This document shows positions 38,101 through 51,333 of a DNA stretch of 64,000 nucleotides, in pieces; position 1 is the stretch's first letter, and the number at the start of each line of letters is the position of its first letter. The stretch spans positions 64,001 through 128,000 of the IMG/VR virus record IMGVR_UViG_3300001528_000174; one strand, 5' to 3'. The DNA is from a virus (taxonomy: Duplodnaviria > Heunggongvirae > Uroviricota > Caudoviricetes). Under the pieces are notes generated by a model, which searched no databases, was not told the origin of the DNA, and was given only the letters and a program-made list of their open reading frames with translations. The position numbers were made by a program, and so were the translations under genes.

Positions 38101-40161
38101 TAGCAAAATGCTCTCATATTATCACCTACTGAAAGTAAATAGGCTATATATCAGCAAATGTTTTCTCCTACTTTAACTAGACTAAATAATGAAGCTCAAG
38201 CTATGGGAATGAGAGCAAAACCTTCTAAATAGGATATTGAATTTGTAAGGAGTTAGGAAGCAAGAGCAAAGCAAAAATAGAGTCGTCAAAGAAAGGCTTC
38301 AGAAGTTATGGAGGCTTTTAAAAATACTCCAAGTAATAATACTAAGGGTCATAATAAAAATACAAATCTTCCTCATAAGCAATCTAATAAGAAAAAGAAA
38401 ACTAGCAGAGATAATAATATTAAAAGACGCTAGGATGGAGGAATATTGTATGATTATAATTTCTTAAAGTCTGTTCACGCTTTTTAGAAAGGTGGTATTA
38501 TTAAAGCTCAAAAGGGTACTAAAACTAATAATAATATATGGGCTGGTAATAATTAGGACTATGGTTATAATACTTATTTAAACAGAATATATGGAGATAA
38601 TGATGTTTTATCTTGGATGAGAACTCATTATAATGGCAATAATGCTACTAAAGCATATGCTGATTATGTTATGAAGAATGTAAATGACCGTAGTACTTAT
38701 GGTATAAATAATTATAATAACTCTTCTACATATACAGCTAATAATGGTATTGCTATTTTTAATACAGGTTATTAGAATAATGGAGATACTTTAAACTATA
38801 TTTTATTTGGAAATAACTATGATAATTATATTAACAAAAAGGGAGTAGCTTATAATCTTATAAATTTTACTAGACCAAATAATGCTATGCATACTGGAGA
38901 TAGTTATAATACTGACTCTAGTAAAGCTTATATAGATAATGCTTTAGGTTTATAGACTTACTCTCGTGTGGCTTCCTTAACTGATTCTAATATTAAATCA
39001 GGAGGATTTGGGGATTGGGGAAAATATTGGAAAGATTAGGGTAATACTGGTGCTTATTATTATATAGCTCCTAATGACACCTCTGGTAAAGGGTAGTGGA
39101 TTCCTACTAATGATAAAACTTTAAATGGTTATTAGGACTTTGAAGCTGCTCCTTAGACTACTCCAAAAGAATCTTCTAAAACTACTCCTACTAATATTGG
39201 TAAAAAGTCAATATTTGATAAAGATAAAGAGTATTTATCTAAATTAACTAGTAATCCAGGTAATTTATATAATGCAGTTGAAACTGGTAAATATCTATTA
39301 GCTAACAAAGCTACCAATGATATATTTAAAATAAAAGCTCCTAATTTTACTATTTCTCCTAAGCATACTAGTTATTAGGTAATGGATAATCTAGCTTAGC
39401 AAAATGCTTATCATAGTAAAGCTGCTGAAACTTTAAATTAGACTTCTAGACCTATTACTTCTAGTGGTCAATTATAGACAGCAGCTTAGCAAGAAAGTAT
39501 GAATAATGCTAATAAATTATTTTTATAGGGTAATGTCGAGAGAAATACTTGGTTAGAAGGATAGAAATAGTAGGCTTACAAAGCTGGACTATACAATATG
39601 GAAAGCTCTGTGGATACTGCTAATGCTAATGCTCAATAGGCATATAAAACTAGACGGATTAATGAATATCAAGACCCTAGAGACCGACTCAGAGGACTGG
39701 CTACTAATAGACAAAATTGGATTAATGCTTTAGAACAATTTAATATTATTAGTCCATATGTTGAAAGAAAAAATGCTCAACAGCAATACGGATTAGCTAA
39801 AGCTCAATGGGATTACCAAAATAATCAAAAAGTTTAGGATGCTTTAAGAGCATATCAACTAGTAGTACGATAGAATCAAAATAATTTAAATTTTGACCCT
39901 TATACTACTTAGCAATATAAAAACTTAGTAGCCGCTTAGAAAGAGGCTGGAGCAGACTATTATAATAATATGTATCAAATATATGGTATTAAAAATCCAG
40001 GATTTACTTTTAAAAAAGGAGGTAAATTTGAGGATATTTCAAAATTTAATACTAAAGAATTTTATAATACTGTAAGACATAGTATAAATACCGCCACTAA
40101 ACAAGGAGGAGATTTAGGTAAACTTATAAATACTTTATTTAAGAAAAGTAGTAAGAAATGA
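35113..40161 (+). CDS. Large internal cargo/ejection protein, 1682 aa (code 15)
   Basis: Whole frame scanned, only TAG interruptions; ends TGA; hydrophobic Gly/Ala hairpin 36718-36960; several xGG motifs. Confidence 0.8.
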
Positions 40162-42074
40162 ATTTAAAAATACAGAAATTTGCAGAAGGAGGTACTTCCT
40201 CCTCTGCATTTTTTTATTAGCCTTTAGCTATGGCTACTACAGGAGTTGAAGCAGAATCAGACACTGCTAAACTTATAAAAGCTATGACAGCAGCTAATAA
40301 AAAATCATCTAGTGATGACAATACAGGGAAAATAACAGACAAAGATTTTCTAGGATTACTAAAAGAAGTTGATGGTCTTCCTAGTGACATCTTGAAATTA
40401 TATACATAGGCTCAAAACTTTTGGGCTGACCCAACGAATACTGGAGATACTAATTATTCTAATTTTGCATAGCTATTAACAAGAATGTCTTTGCAAGCTA
40501 AAATTGCAAAATTTAATAAAGAAGTTTGGAATAAATCTAGAGATACTATGTTTGCTAATCACGCTGAAAATGAGATGGCAATTACAGATTAGGGTGATGT
40601 AGTAATAGAAACCAAAGATGGGGGAGTAGATACTATATCTATAGATAAATGGAAGCAAAATCCATATGCATATAAAACATTAACAAATGCCGATGTAATG
40701 GAATTACGTGCTTAGAAACTTCCAGGAAATAATGCCATTCTAAATATAGTAAATGGAAGTGTTAGTATGGATTCTATTACAGATAAATTATAGAAAATAT
40801 TAAAAAATGCTTAGACTAATGAAGTATAGTCTTATATAAGTAGTGATAGTGTTAATACAAAGTCTGGATTAACAGTACTAGAAGGATTAGCACAAAGAGG
40901 CTTAGACCCTTCAACATTAACTATGCAGGGCGTTTATAAATATACTACTAAAGAAAATGCTAATTAGGTAGCTAATTTATTAAACTATGCTTGGAACTCT
41001 TTATCTACTAAAGAATAGACATTATTAAAAGCCAGAGCAGGTAAAGGAGGCACTGGAGCAGATTAGTTACTAAAACTACTAGCCGTTGGAAATACTTCTT
41101 TTGAAACTAAAGTAGACTATTAGGATTAGTTAAATTCTGATGGCACTAAAAAAGATACTTCTAAAAATGGAAAAAGTGGTTCTAATGGTTCTTAGGAAGG
41201 TGATTGGGAGGAAAAGGCTGATGCTAATCCAGCATATATGATTTAGAATGGTATAGGTGGATAGGACACCTCATATTAGTTTATGCCTGACTCCGCTAGT
41301 GCTGTAATGACTCTATATGGTTAGAAATATGGAGATATTAAAAATGCCCAAAACAAAGAAACTATACAAAGTACTAGTATAGCTGATATGCTGAGTAAGT
41401 CTGGATTATAGGGAATCAGTGATACTAGAGCTATATATTTTGGCGATAAAAGAATAGATGATCCTGAAAAGCTTAAAGACATTATGTACTTAAATCAAGG
41501 AGGAATGAGGGTAAATTTGCCTGCTAAAACTGATAATTATGGTAATAAAATTCCTGATTTTGAATTAATTCCTAAATTTGAATAGGCAATGAAAGAAATT
41601 AGAAATATACCTTAGAGTACTAATGTCAAGGCATATCTTATTAAAGAGGCTCAAATACTTAAAAAGTACGGTCTAAATGATTTAGTAGATTCCAAGGGAT
41701 TACCTAATAAAGATAGATTTGGTGCCTTCTTAGTAGTAAATGGTCAAGCTTCTTCTGATACCGTTGGAAATCCTACATTAGCTTCTACTATAAATAATAT
41801 GGATGCAGATTTTGAGGCTATGTCGAAAATATTATATCCAGATGGAAAAGGTGGAGCTACTTAGGAATTAAAAGGAGCAAGTATTGCTCCATTTGGTTGG
41901 TTTAATAGTAATATTTATAAAGCTCCTGTCTATATTCCTCTAGACAATAATCCAGCTTCTACTATGATATTAACTGGAAAAGTTACTCCTAATATGCTTA
42001 GTGCTATGGAAGGATTATACAGAGCTTAGAATATTCCAATTAATAATACTAGTTCTAATGTTTTAAATAATTAA
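40158..42074 (+). CDS. Internal virion protein, 638 aa (code 15)
   Basis: ATGA overlap; MNLKIQKFAEGG...; absent from the track; ends TAA 42072-42074. Confidence 0.75.
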
Positions 42075-42076
42075 TT

Positions 42077-45000
42077 ATGCTAAATAACGATTGGATAGTA
42101 GCCAATATAAATAATCCCGATTATAGTGCTGAAATGTTTAAAATGAAAGGGATAGATACAGATAATACTTAGATGTTAAGTGAGGATAGTTATCTTAAAT
42201 CTAATTTTATTATAAATAATCCAGCTTTTGCTGATAGAAATGGTAATTTTAGTAAAGATAAATTCCATAATTACTATCAAGAACAAGCTACTAAATGGGG
42301 AGAATTATAGAAAGATAAATTAGTACATACCATCTATGATATGTTTGATGTAAGGTAGAAACCTGGAGATTAGATATATAATCCATTTACAGGAACTACT
42401 TAGGGTATGAATACTGATAAAAATAATCCATTAGGCTCTTTTATAAAGTTAACCGCTAATCCTACTAATTAGGGGATTGGTATTAGTGGTTTTTAGGAAT
42501 TAAGTAATTAGAAAAAAAGTACTAGAGAAATTGCTCAAGGATAGAATATTTTTGATTCGTCCACTGGAAAATTTATAAATGAAACTCCTGATGAATTATC
42601 CTTATTCTCTAATCCTATTAAATATATTAAACAAATATTTAGTGATCCATTAGTGCTAGCTACATATGATAGTGATGGTGAAAATATTGACCCAATATCA
42701 GGATAGAAAGTAAAGCATTCCAAGGGAGATTTAAAATTAAATGATAATGGAAAACCTTATTATGAAACTTTAAATGGTAGAAATCCTGCTACTAAATAGG
42801 TTTTATCAATGGGTGATATAGTTACTTCTGAGTCTTCTGCTTTAAATAAATATGACTTTATTGATTCAGATGATATGGATAAAAGTATCAGTGGAACTAT
42901 ACTTAAAAATGTAGCTTCAGTGTTACCTTTAGCTGTTCCTTATGTGGGGGAAGCTTATAGTGCTGGATTAGTAATAAGAGAGTTAGCTAAAACTACTCCA
43001 ATGTTGTATGGTATGCTGAAATCTTTGTTTTCAGATAAACCTGCTAATAGTTAGTTCTTAAACTCTTTACAAGGTAGAGCTATGGCTGTGTCAGGAAGTA
43101 CTTCTGATGCAGGACAGAATGCTATATGGACTTGGGAAGGAGTATTTAATATGATGGGAGATGTTGCTACTCAATGGGGACAATAGAAAGCTGTAGCAAA
43201 TTGGACTAAAAAATTATTAACTGGAAAATAGGATTTAAGTAAATTAGCCGAAGAAGAAGCTAAAACCCTGTATGAATCTAAAATATAGGATATTTTAACA
43301 AAAGCTAATACTGCTGAAGATAAATATAAAGCCCTATCTTTATATGGTATAGAGGAAGGTTAGATTGCTAAAATATTAGAACAAGAAGGTAAAGCAGTAG
43401 GAGAAGCTTGGAAATAGACTTCTGTAGGTTCAGCTGCCTTACGTAAGACTTTTGATATTTATAAGCCAAGAATAGAAAAATTAAATAGATTAGGAGCTAA
43501 TGCATCTTTAGCATATATGGCATTAGTATCTAATACTGATGTATATTAGAGTATGTTAGATGCAGGAACTACCCCTAGAGAAGCCGCTGCTGTAGCTTTA
43601 GGATCTACTCTTGGTATGTATACAGTTGATAGATTAGGTATTGGTGAATTATTTTTTGACGAATTAGCAAAAAATGATATGCGCCAAATAAAAAATGCTT
43701 TACTTGGAGAAAAAGAAAATTGGGCTAAAGCACTTGGGATTTCTACTAAAACTATTCCTGAAGATGCTAATAAATTTAAAAAGCTTATATTAACAGGTAG
43801 AGATAAAATGGCTAAAGCTTTATCAGATTATGCAGATGATATAAAATATCATACTACTGGAGCTGTAGGTAAAGCTATTGGTGAAGGTCTTGAAGAAGTA
43901 TCAGAAGATGTAGTAACAGACTTATCTAAAGCTACGTATGAAATGCTTCATAATTTCGGTTTAACTACTCAAGCTAATGTAGGAGCATTTGATTATGATC
44001 CAAATCTTAATGGTGAAGGAAAAGGAGGATATAATATAGCTTAGTTACTTTCTAGATATGGAATGAGTTTAGTAGGAGGTTCTCTTGGTGGAGGTATGTT
44101 TTATGGAGTTGGGGTTTTACAAGGTAAAAACTTTCATATAAATAAAGACTCTGGTAATATGCTTTATTTAACTAGGGAAGGTAAAGCAGAAGATATGATA
44201 GATACTATTGAACAAATGCGTAAGAAAGGACAATTTGGAAGTACTACTATTTCTGCTACTAATTCTACTACTGATAGTGCTGGAGAACCTGTTAATATTA
44301 CTGTGGATGGTGATTTATCTGTAAATGATTATATAGCTAAAAGACTTACTAATCAAATACGTTCTTACTAGACTATTATGGATGATAATAATTTAAATAA
44401 ATCTGATGAATAGTTATTTAATCATATGATAATGTAGGATAAAGTATTCAGAAATCTTAGAGGATTTTTAGAAGATAAATCCTATATAACTCGTTATCAA
44501 GAAACTTGGTAGAATTTAGCACAGCAAGTAGTAATAGCTCAAAAAGGATTAGAAGTAGCGGCTTCTTCTAAAAATGGTGAAATTCCTAAAGAATTAATTC
44601 CTGAATTAGCAACAGCAGCAAGTTCTAAAGAAATAATTGATAAATTAGGAGAAGCTAGATTAATGGATTCTACAGAACGTCATAATAGTGGAGAAGAGGC
44701 TAAACGTGCTTAGAATGTAGCAGCTTGGTAGGATTATTTAAATAATAAAAAATAGGAGTTGCTAAATTTTGAATCTCCTGAAAATTCTTCTTACTATACT
44801 GAAATGTTAATGTTTGGTATAGACCCTATTACATCTTCTACATTTGGAGCGTATGATTTTAATTCTTGGTTATATAATACCCAACATGGATTAACTGTAG
44901 ATAAGTTAACTTAGTAGGAAGTAGAACAGTATAAAGCTGATTATTAGACTTATCAAGCTAATGCTCAACCTTTAGACCTATAGGAGTCTTTTAAATTATT

Positions 45001-46693
45001 CAAGGATTGGTAGCAAAAAATTGATCCATTTTTATAGTAGATGGCACAATAGGCTTAGAACTATGACAGCTATCAAAGAGAAGTACAAGAACTATTTAAA
45101 GATGGCATAACTTGGTATCAAAATGCCAATCATCCAGAGAATAAACAATGGTATGAAACTGATTAGGAATATGAGAAATCTAAATAGTAGGATGGGGAAT
45201 CAGCACAAGATTATAAAGTTAGACAAGAATAGAGAATTTAGGAAATAAATACAAAGGTTGAACAAAAACTTTAGGATTTAGTAAACTTTGTAAATATTCA
45301 TATACTAGATCCAATTACTTCCAGACAAATTAAAACTATGCTAGCTGCCAGAACTAAAGATATTAGAAAAAGCATAGTTCTAAATACATTTACCACATAG
45401 AATGATAACCTTATTAAAGAATTAACTGGAGATTCTTTAAAATCTTATAAAGGTAAAGATATTGATTCTTTAAGAACGGAAATTATTGGTACAGACACTA
45501 TTCCAGGAAAAATCGACTAGTATTTTGGCAAACTATATGGATAGTTTATTCATCCTGATTATGAATATGATAAAGATGCTAATGCAATGATTCCATTTAC
45601 TTCTTTATTTAATACTAACTCAAATAGTTTTAGCAATATAATAGTATCGGATTTATTAAACTAGAAAAGTATTAATGAAACTGCTCTACCAAAGTTTGAG
45701 GGAACTACTATAGAAAAAATATAGAATCTTTTACAATTATCCTCTATTGGTTTAGATAATATTTATAGAGGCTCAGACTCTCGTTATTAGGGGAAATCTT
45801 ATAAATATATATTAACTGAAGTTTTTGGAAAAGATGTTGTAGATAGAATAGAAAATTCTTTAGAAAATTCAGAATATATTGACCCTGATACTAACTAGCA
45901 TTATAATTTATAGTACATAAATCCTTATAAATATATAGCTAATGGAGAACAAATCTCTGATGAATTAATTGAAAATTGGTTACAGGAACATAAAGATATA
46001 TCAAATAATTCTATACAGTCTCTATTTAAACTATAGTCTTTAATTCAAAATAAAAATACCAACTTTGATGAAGCTAGAAAATCAGTAAATGATAGTTATA
46101 AATCTTATGCAGAAGCTATACTAAATTAGGTTGAAAATGATATAAATAGTAATTTACTTTATTAGACTTTAACTGGGTTAACAGAATCATTACCAAATCC
46201 TATAGTAGAGCTAGCTAAACATTTACCTGTGTATAATGAAAATGTAGAATCAGTAATTTAGAAAATGTATTAGCATTTTGAAGACGAAGAAGACGTTAAT
46301 ACTTTCCAATTAACAGGTTAGGAAATGCAATCTTTACAATAGGTTGAAACAGTATTAAATTTAGCATCTACTTATATTCATGCTGCTTCTACAGATTAGG
46401 ATTTAACAAATATATATGGACATAATAAAACTATAAATAGATTTAACCAAGAACATAAAGTAAAATCTAATCCATTAGCAGAAATTGATGAAAATTATGC
46501 TAATATTTATCAGATAGAAATAGGAAAATATTTAAATTTAATTAATCCAAATAGTTATTCCCTTCCATTTATTTCAAATATAAATCAAAGAAACATTATA
46601 GGATAGTTTGACTAGGCTAAAGAAAAGTTTAATCAAGCTAAAAAAGAATTTTTTAAAGCAAATAGAAATAATTTTGAGGCATGCGTTGTGTAA
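42077..46693 (+). CDS. Giant internal virion protein, 1538 aa (code 15)
   Basis: ttaattATG start; frame open to TAA 46691-46693; ends ...NNFEACVV*. Confidence 0.78.
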
Positions 46694-49600
46694 ATCTATT
46701 AGAAAATTACTCAGAAGATATGGACTTAAAAGATATAGAAGCATTACTATATGAAAACTATCATAAATATAAAGGATAGGGTTATGATGTAAATGCCATA
46801 TTTGATTAGTTCATAGATAATATAAATAAATAGGAAACTACTAATTTGGATTAGAATGTTTCTTATACTACTTTTAATAATTATGATAAAATATCATATT
46901 TATTAGCTACTATTGGTATTAAATCTGATGATTATTTATCCTTTATAAAAGATGAAGTTAATAAATATAATAATATAGTACCTATTGATGCTCAGTTATA
47001 TTTAGCTAGGATAGGAATAGCTGCTATAAATAATCCTCAATTAGTATCTTCAGTAATAAATAGAATAAAACAAAAATCAGATATTAAAGTTCCTATATTA
47101 GATAAATTATTATTTATAAGTGGGATTGGTGGTTCTGGTAAAACTTCAGTAGTGGCTAAATATATCACTGATTATGCTAAAGATAAGCATATAATGGTTG
47201 CAGGACCGACAGATGCTCAAGTAGAAGGATTAAATAAATCCTTAGGAGTAACTGATGGAATTAATGCTTAGTAGTTGTTATCTTTAGTTATAGATAATGC
47301 TAAATATAAAGATTTAAATGGAAAGTTTAATAGGTTAGATAGTACTGATAACTTAGATTCTATAATTAGTAATGTTGATGTAAAAAATCATGATTCAGGA
47401 GTATTAGTTATGGATGAGATAACTCACTTTAGTACTTTAGATTTAGCTTTAATAAATAAATGGGCAAAGAAAAATAATATATTTATATTAGGTCTAGGTG
47501 ATGATACTTAGTCAGGATATACTACTAATAGAATAATAGCTAATATAGATACTGATAATGCTTTCTGTTTACGAACTCCTAGACTTGCTATTTCTTTAAG
47601 AAATGGTAACATACAACAATCATCTGATACTAAATTATTATATGAATTAACCTAGTAGGTACGAACTTTAATAAATGATGTAATGCCTAAAGATAAATAT
47701 ATACAGGCTCGTAATGCTATTAAGAATTACTCACCTAGATATAGTTATTCCTCTGGAGAATTACATGGAACAGTTGTAACTGATTCTTTTGACTAGTGGG
47801 ATATGATTCCTAAAGACACTCCTAAAGGTGTAGCTTATATTGGACTTAATGATATTACTAGTAAAATTCCTTCAGCTGTTAAATTTAACAATATTAAAGA
47901 ATTACAAGGTTAGGAATTTGATTATTTAATTTATGAAGGTAATATTAAAGCTCAAACTGAAGATTATAGTGATACAGCAGTTGGTGATCTATTAAATAGT
48001 TCAAGAGAGTTATATACATTAATAAGCAGAGGTATTAAAGGAGCTGTTATTATATCCCCTAACTCTGGATTTAGTAGTACAGAAGAATTTTATACAGGAG
48101 ATACCACTGACTTCTCCCAATATGCAGAAGAGCGTAGAAATAATTTAATTAATGAATTGTCAGAATATACCTATAATCCAGCTACAAATACTAGTACAGA
48201 AGAAACTAGTAATTCTTCTGAAGGAACTGTGGAAACAGTAACTCATTATAATATGGCTGATTTAGATGAAATGGTAGCAGATTTAAATATAACTCCTACT
48301 GACAAAGAGTCTTTGGATTCTGAAAATAGAGAAGCTAATTAGTTTACTGTAGAATCTATATTGGACGCTCCAGCAGAAAATAGTTTTGATAGATGCTATG
48401 GTAATTTTAGTTTATTAGGGCTAACAAGAAATTCAAAAAAAGAATGGATTCAAGATATTAATTCTAACGATTTATCCGATATTGGAGTAGTAGCTAGATT
48501 TAATAATGCTAAACAAATTATCTCTGATGGTAAAGATAAAGATAAATTAGTACGTCAATTACTTACATTAAAATATGCTTTAATGTAGGTTAGAAGAACT
48601 GATACTGATGAAAGATGGGATGGAGTAACTTTTATGGCTAATCATCCAGAATTATCTCAATATTTTAATTCTCCTGAAACTTTTGAAAATTTAAAATATT
48701 ATGTAACTTTAAGAGAGAAAAAAAATACTGATTTATTAGTAGGATTTTCTGATTTAAATAATGATAAAGTATCATTTAATTATAATGGAAAGTAGTTAGT
48801 TGCAGTTGTAGAAGCAAAATGGACTACTACTGATAATGAGGGTAATTTAGTAAATAATACTATAACTCTAGGAAGTTTACCTAACCCTGATAGAAATGGT
48901 TCTTATTCTAAATATGCAGATGAACATCCTGAATTGATACCCGTTTATGATAATTATGTAAAATAGTTTAAAGCTATTTATGATGAGGGAGGTTAGAGAG
49001 AGATAAATGCTCCTAAAAATCTAATAACTTTATTGAAAAAAACTAATTCACAAATTCCATTTTAGAAAGTTAGATCTCAGCAAACATGGAAATGGGAGCG
49101 TACTATTAATGGTGAAACTTTTAAAGGAACTACTGAGGGAATTTTAAGAGATGCTGACACTATAGATAAAGCTGCTTTAAAAGATAGAGGTTATCTGTCA
49201 GTATCTGATCTTATAGTTTATATGGGAGGAGCAAATACTCTACCAGGATTAAATCCTAGAATGGAAGGTCAAGCAATTTATTTAGTATCTAGTTTACCTA
49301 ATATGAGTACTGAAGAATTAGTACAAATGTATTGTAATAATAAATTAAATACTAGCTCTGATAATCTAGATAGAATGAAGGTGCGTATGATAGCACCTAC
49401 TCATAGAGGATTATCTTTTTAGGATTTAACTAATTAGGTATGGCAAGATATGTATACTTTAAAAGCTACTGAGACTGAAAGTGCTAGTAAATATCCCTAG
49501 GATTAGACTCAACTAGGTCTTAGAATGTATACTCATTTATGGAATACCAGAGCTAATTTGAAGAGAGTACTTGCTGCTTTACAAGCTAATCCTAATGATA

Positions 49601-51330
49601 CCTTACATATATATAATCAATTTAGAAAGTTAAATCCTGAAGGATTAAAAAATAAAAATCTACGTTACTACATAGGGTGGGATGAGAAAGATAGGAATGA
49701 AGCTTTCTTAAAATTTACTAATAATACATATTCTTGGGACGATAATACTCCAATAGTTGATGGTTTAAGAGATGCTTTTATAGCAGAACAGAAGTCATTA
49801 AAAGAATCCGACCCTAATAAATTAAAATATTATACTTATGCTACTCCAGAATATATGTAGTAGATGCTCAAAGTAGTAGATGGAGCTTTAGCTCCATTTA
49901 AAGATTTTATTACTTTAAAAACTTATAATGAGGATGGTACTACTTCTAATTTTGATGAATCTAACTATATAACTTTTGATAAACAGGGTAATACTAATGA
50001 TATTCGTAAGTTATTTATGCATTCTCTAAACGACTATCAAGAAAATAGTAGAACTTATGAGTTTGCTTTTCCTACTTATGATTCTAACGGAAACGAACGT
50101 ACAGTATTTGTAAATCTTGATTAGGATGTAATAAAGTCTTAGCAACAACTAGCTGAAGCTAGAAATAATTAGTATAAACCTTGGAATATCTTTAAAATAG
50201 TACCTATGATACTTACTAAAAATTATAGATTTGTATCAATGGCTATGTCTCCACAAGGTAATAAACTTTGGAATAAAGATTCTAATAAATATAAGTATAA
50301 ATACACTGACTCTGAAGGTAATAAACAAGTAAAAATATTACCAATGTAGGATTTAATAAAAGCGGGTCAAGAAATAGGAAGTACTACAGAATTTACTAAT
50401 ATAGTAGATTTGATTTTTCATGGTACAACTAAAGTACAAGATCCAAATGTATTTAGAGAATCTACTGCCCCATTTAGATGGGGTATATGGGCATATCCTA
50501 GAGTAAATTATGAATAGGGAACAGAATTATTATATAAGAAAAATTCAGCTGATAGAGGTACTGCATATTTTAGAAAAATAAGAAATACTTCAGGAACTAA
50601 TAATATTAATAGTTTATATATGTCTAATGTTATTCCTATTCCTTTAGCTGATATATCTTTAAATAAACGTTCGGATATTACTACTAAAGAATAGCCTACA
50701 GAGCAAATACTTTCGGGAGTAACTAGCAATATTAATACTATAAAAAGTATGGGAGTAGTTACTGGAGATTATAGTACTACAGAAGAAGCTTTAACAGCTC
50801 ATAATAAAGAATTATCTTTATTAGATTCTGCTTCTATAGAAGGATTTTCAGAAATACCTTAGTTATTACAATTAGAAGATGGAAAATTAAATTATATAAA
50901 CTATCAAACTGAAGATATTATTCAAGGATTTGATTTTAAAACTGGAGAATCTAAAAATATATTTAAGAGTATTGATAATGGTAAATACTATATAGTTAAT
51001 AATGATGGTATAGTGGAAGAATATAAATTAAATTCTGATGATTCCAGTAAAAAGAAAAAACTTATTGAAGAAGCTATTAAAGATAAAGAAGTTTTAAATA
51101 AAATATATGATGAATTAGTTGTTACTACAGATGAAATGGGATATGATGAAGATACTATAGCTGAGGATTATATATCAAGAGATGATTTTGTAAATCTATC
51201 TTCAATAGAAGATGTAAAAAATAAAATAGAAGAAATATTAGATGATACTGCTGCTGATGGTGAGCAACCAGAGGGTAAGTATTTAGATAATATTTTAGAT
51301 TATGAAAATTGTTCTATTAATTTAGTTTAA
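46681..51330 (+). CDS. Giant virion protein with SF1 helicase-like domain, 1549 aa (code 15)
   Basis: Walker A GIGGSGKT (47122), Walker B VMDE (47407), GDDTQ, LQGQEFD, LYTLISRG; starts MRC, ends ENCSINLV*. Confidence 0.78.
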
Positions 51331-51333
51331 TAA

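Noticed and set aside
46636-46660. Programmed -1 frameshift on the A/T runs before the 46681 junction
   Set aside because: The -1 frame has several stops up to TGA 46675, so slippage there would terminate
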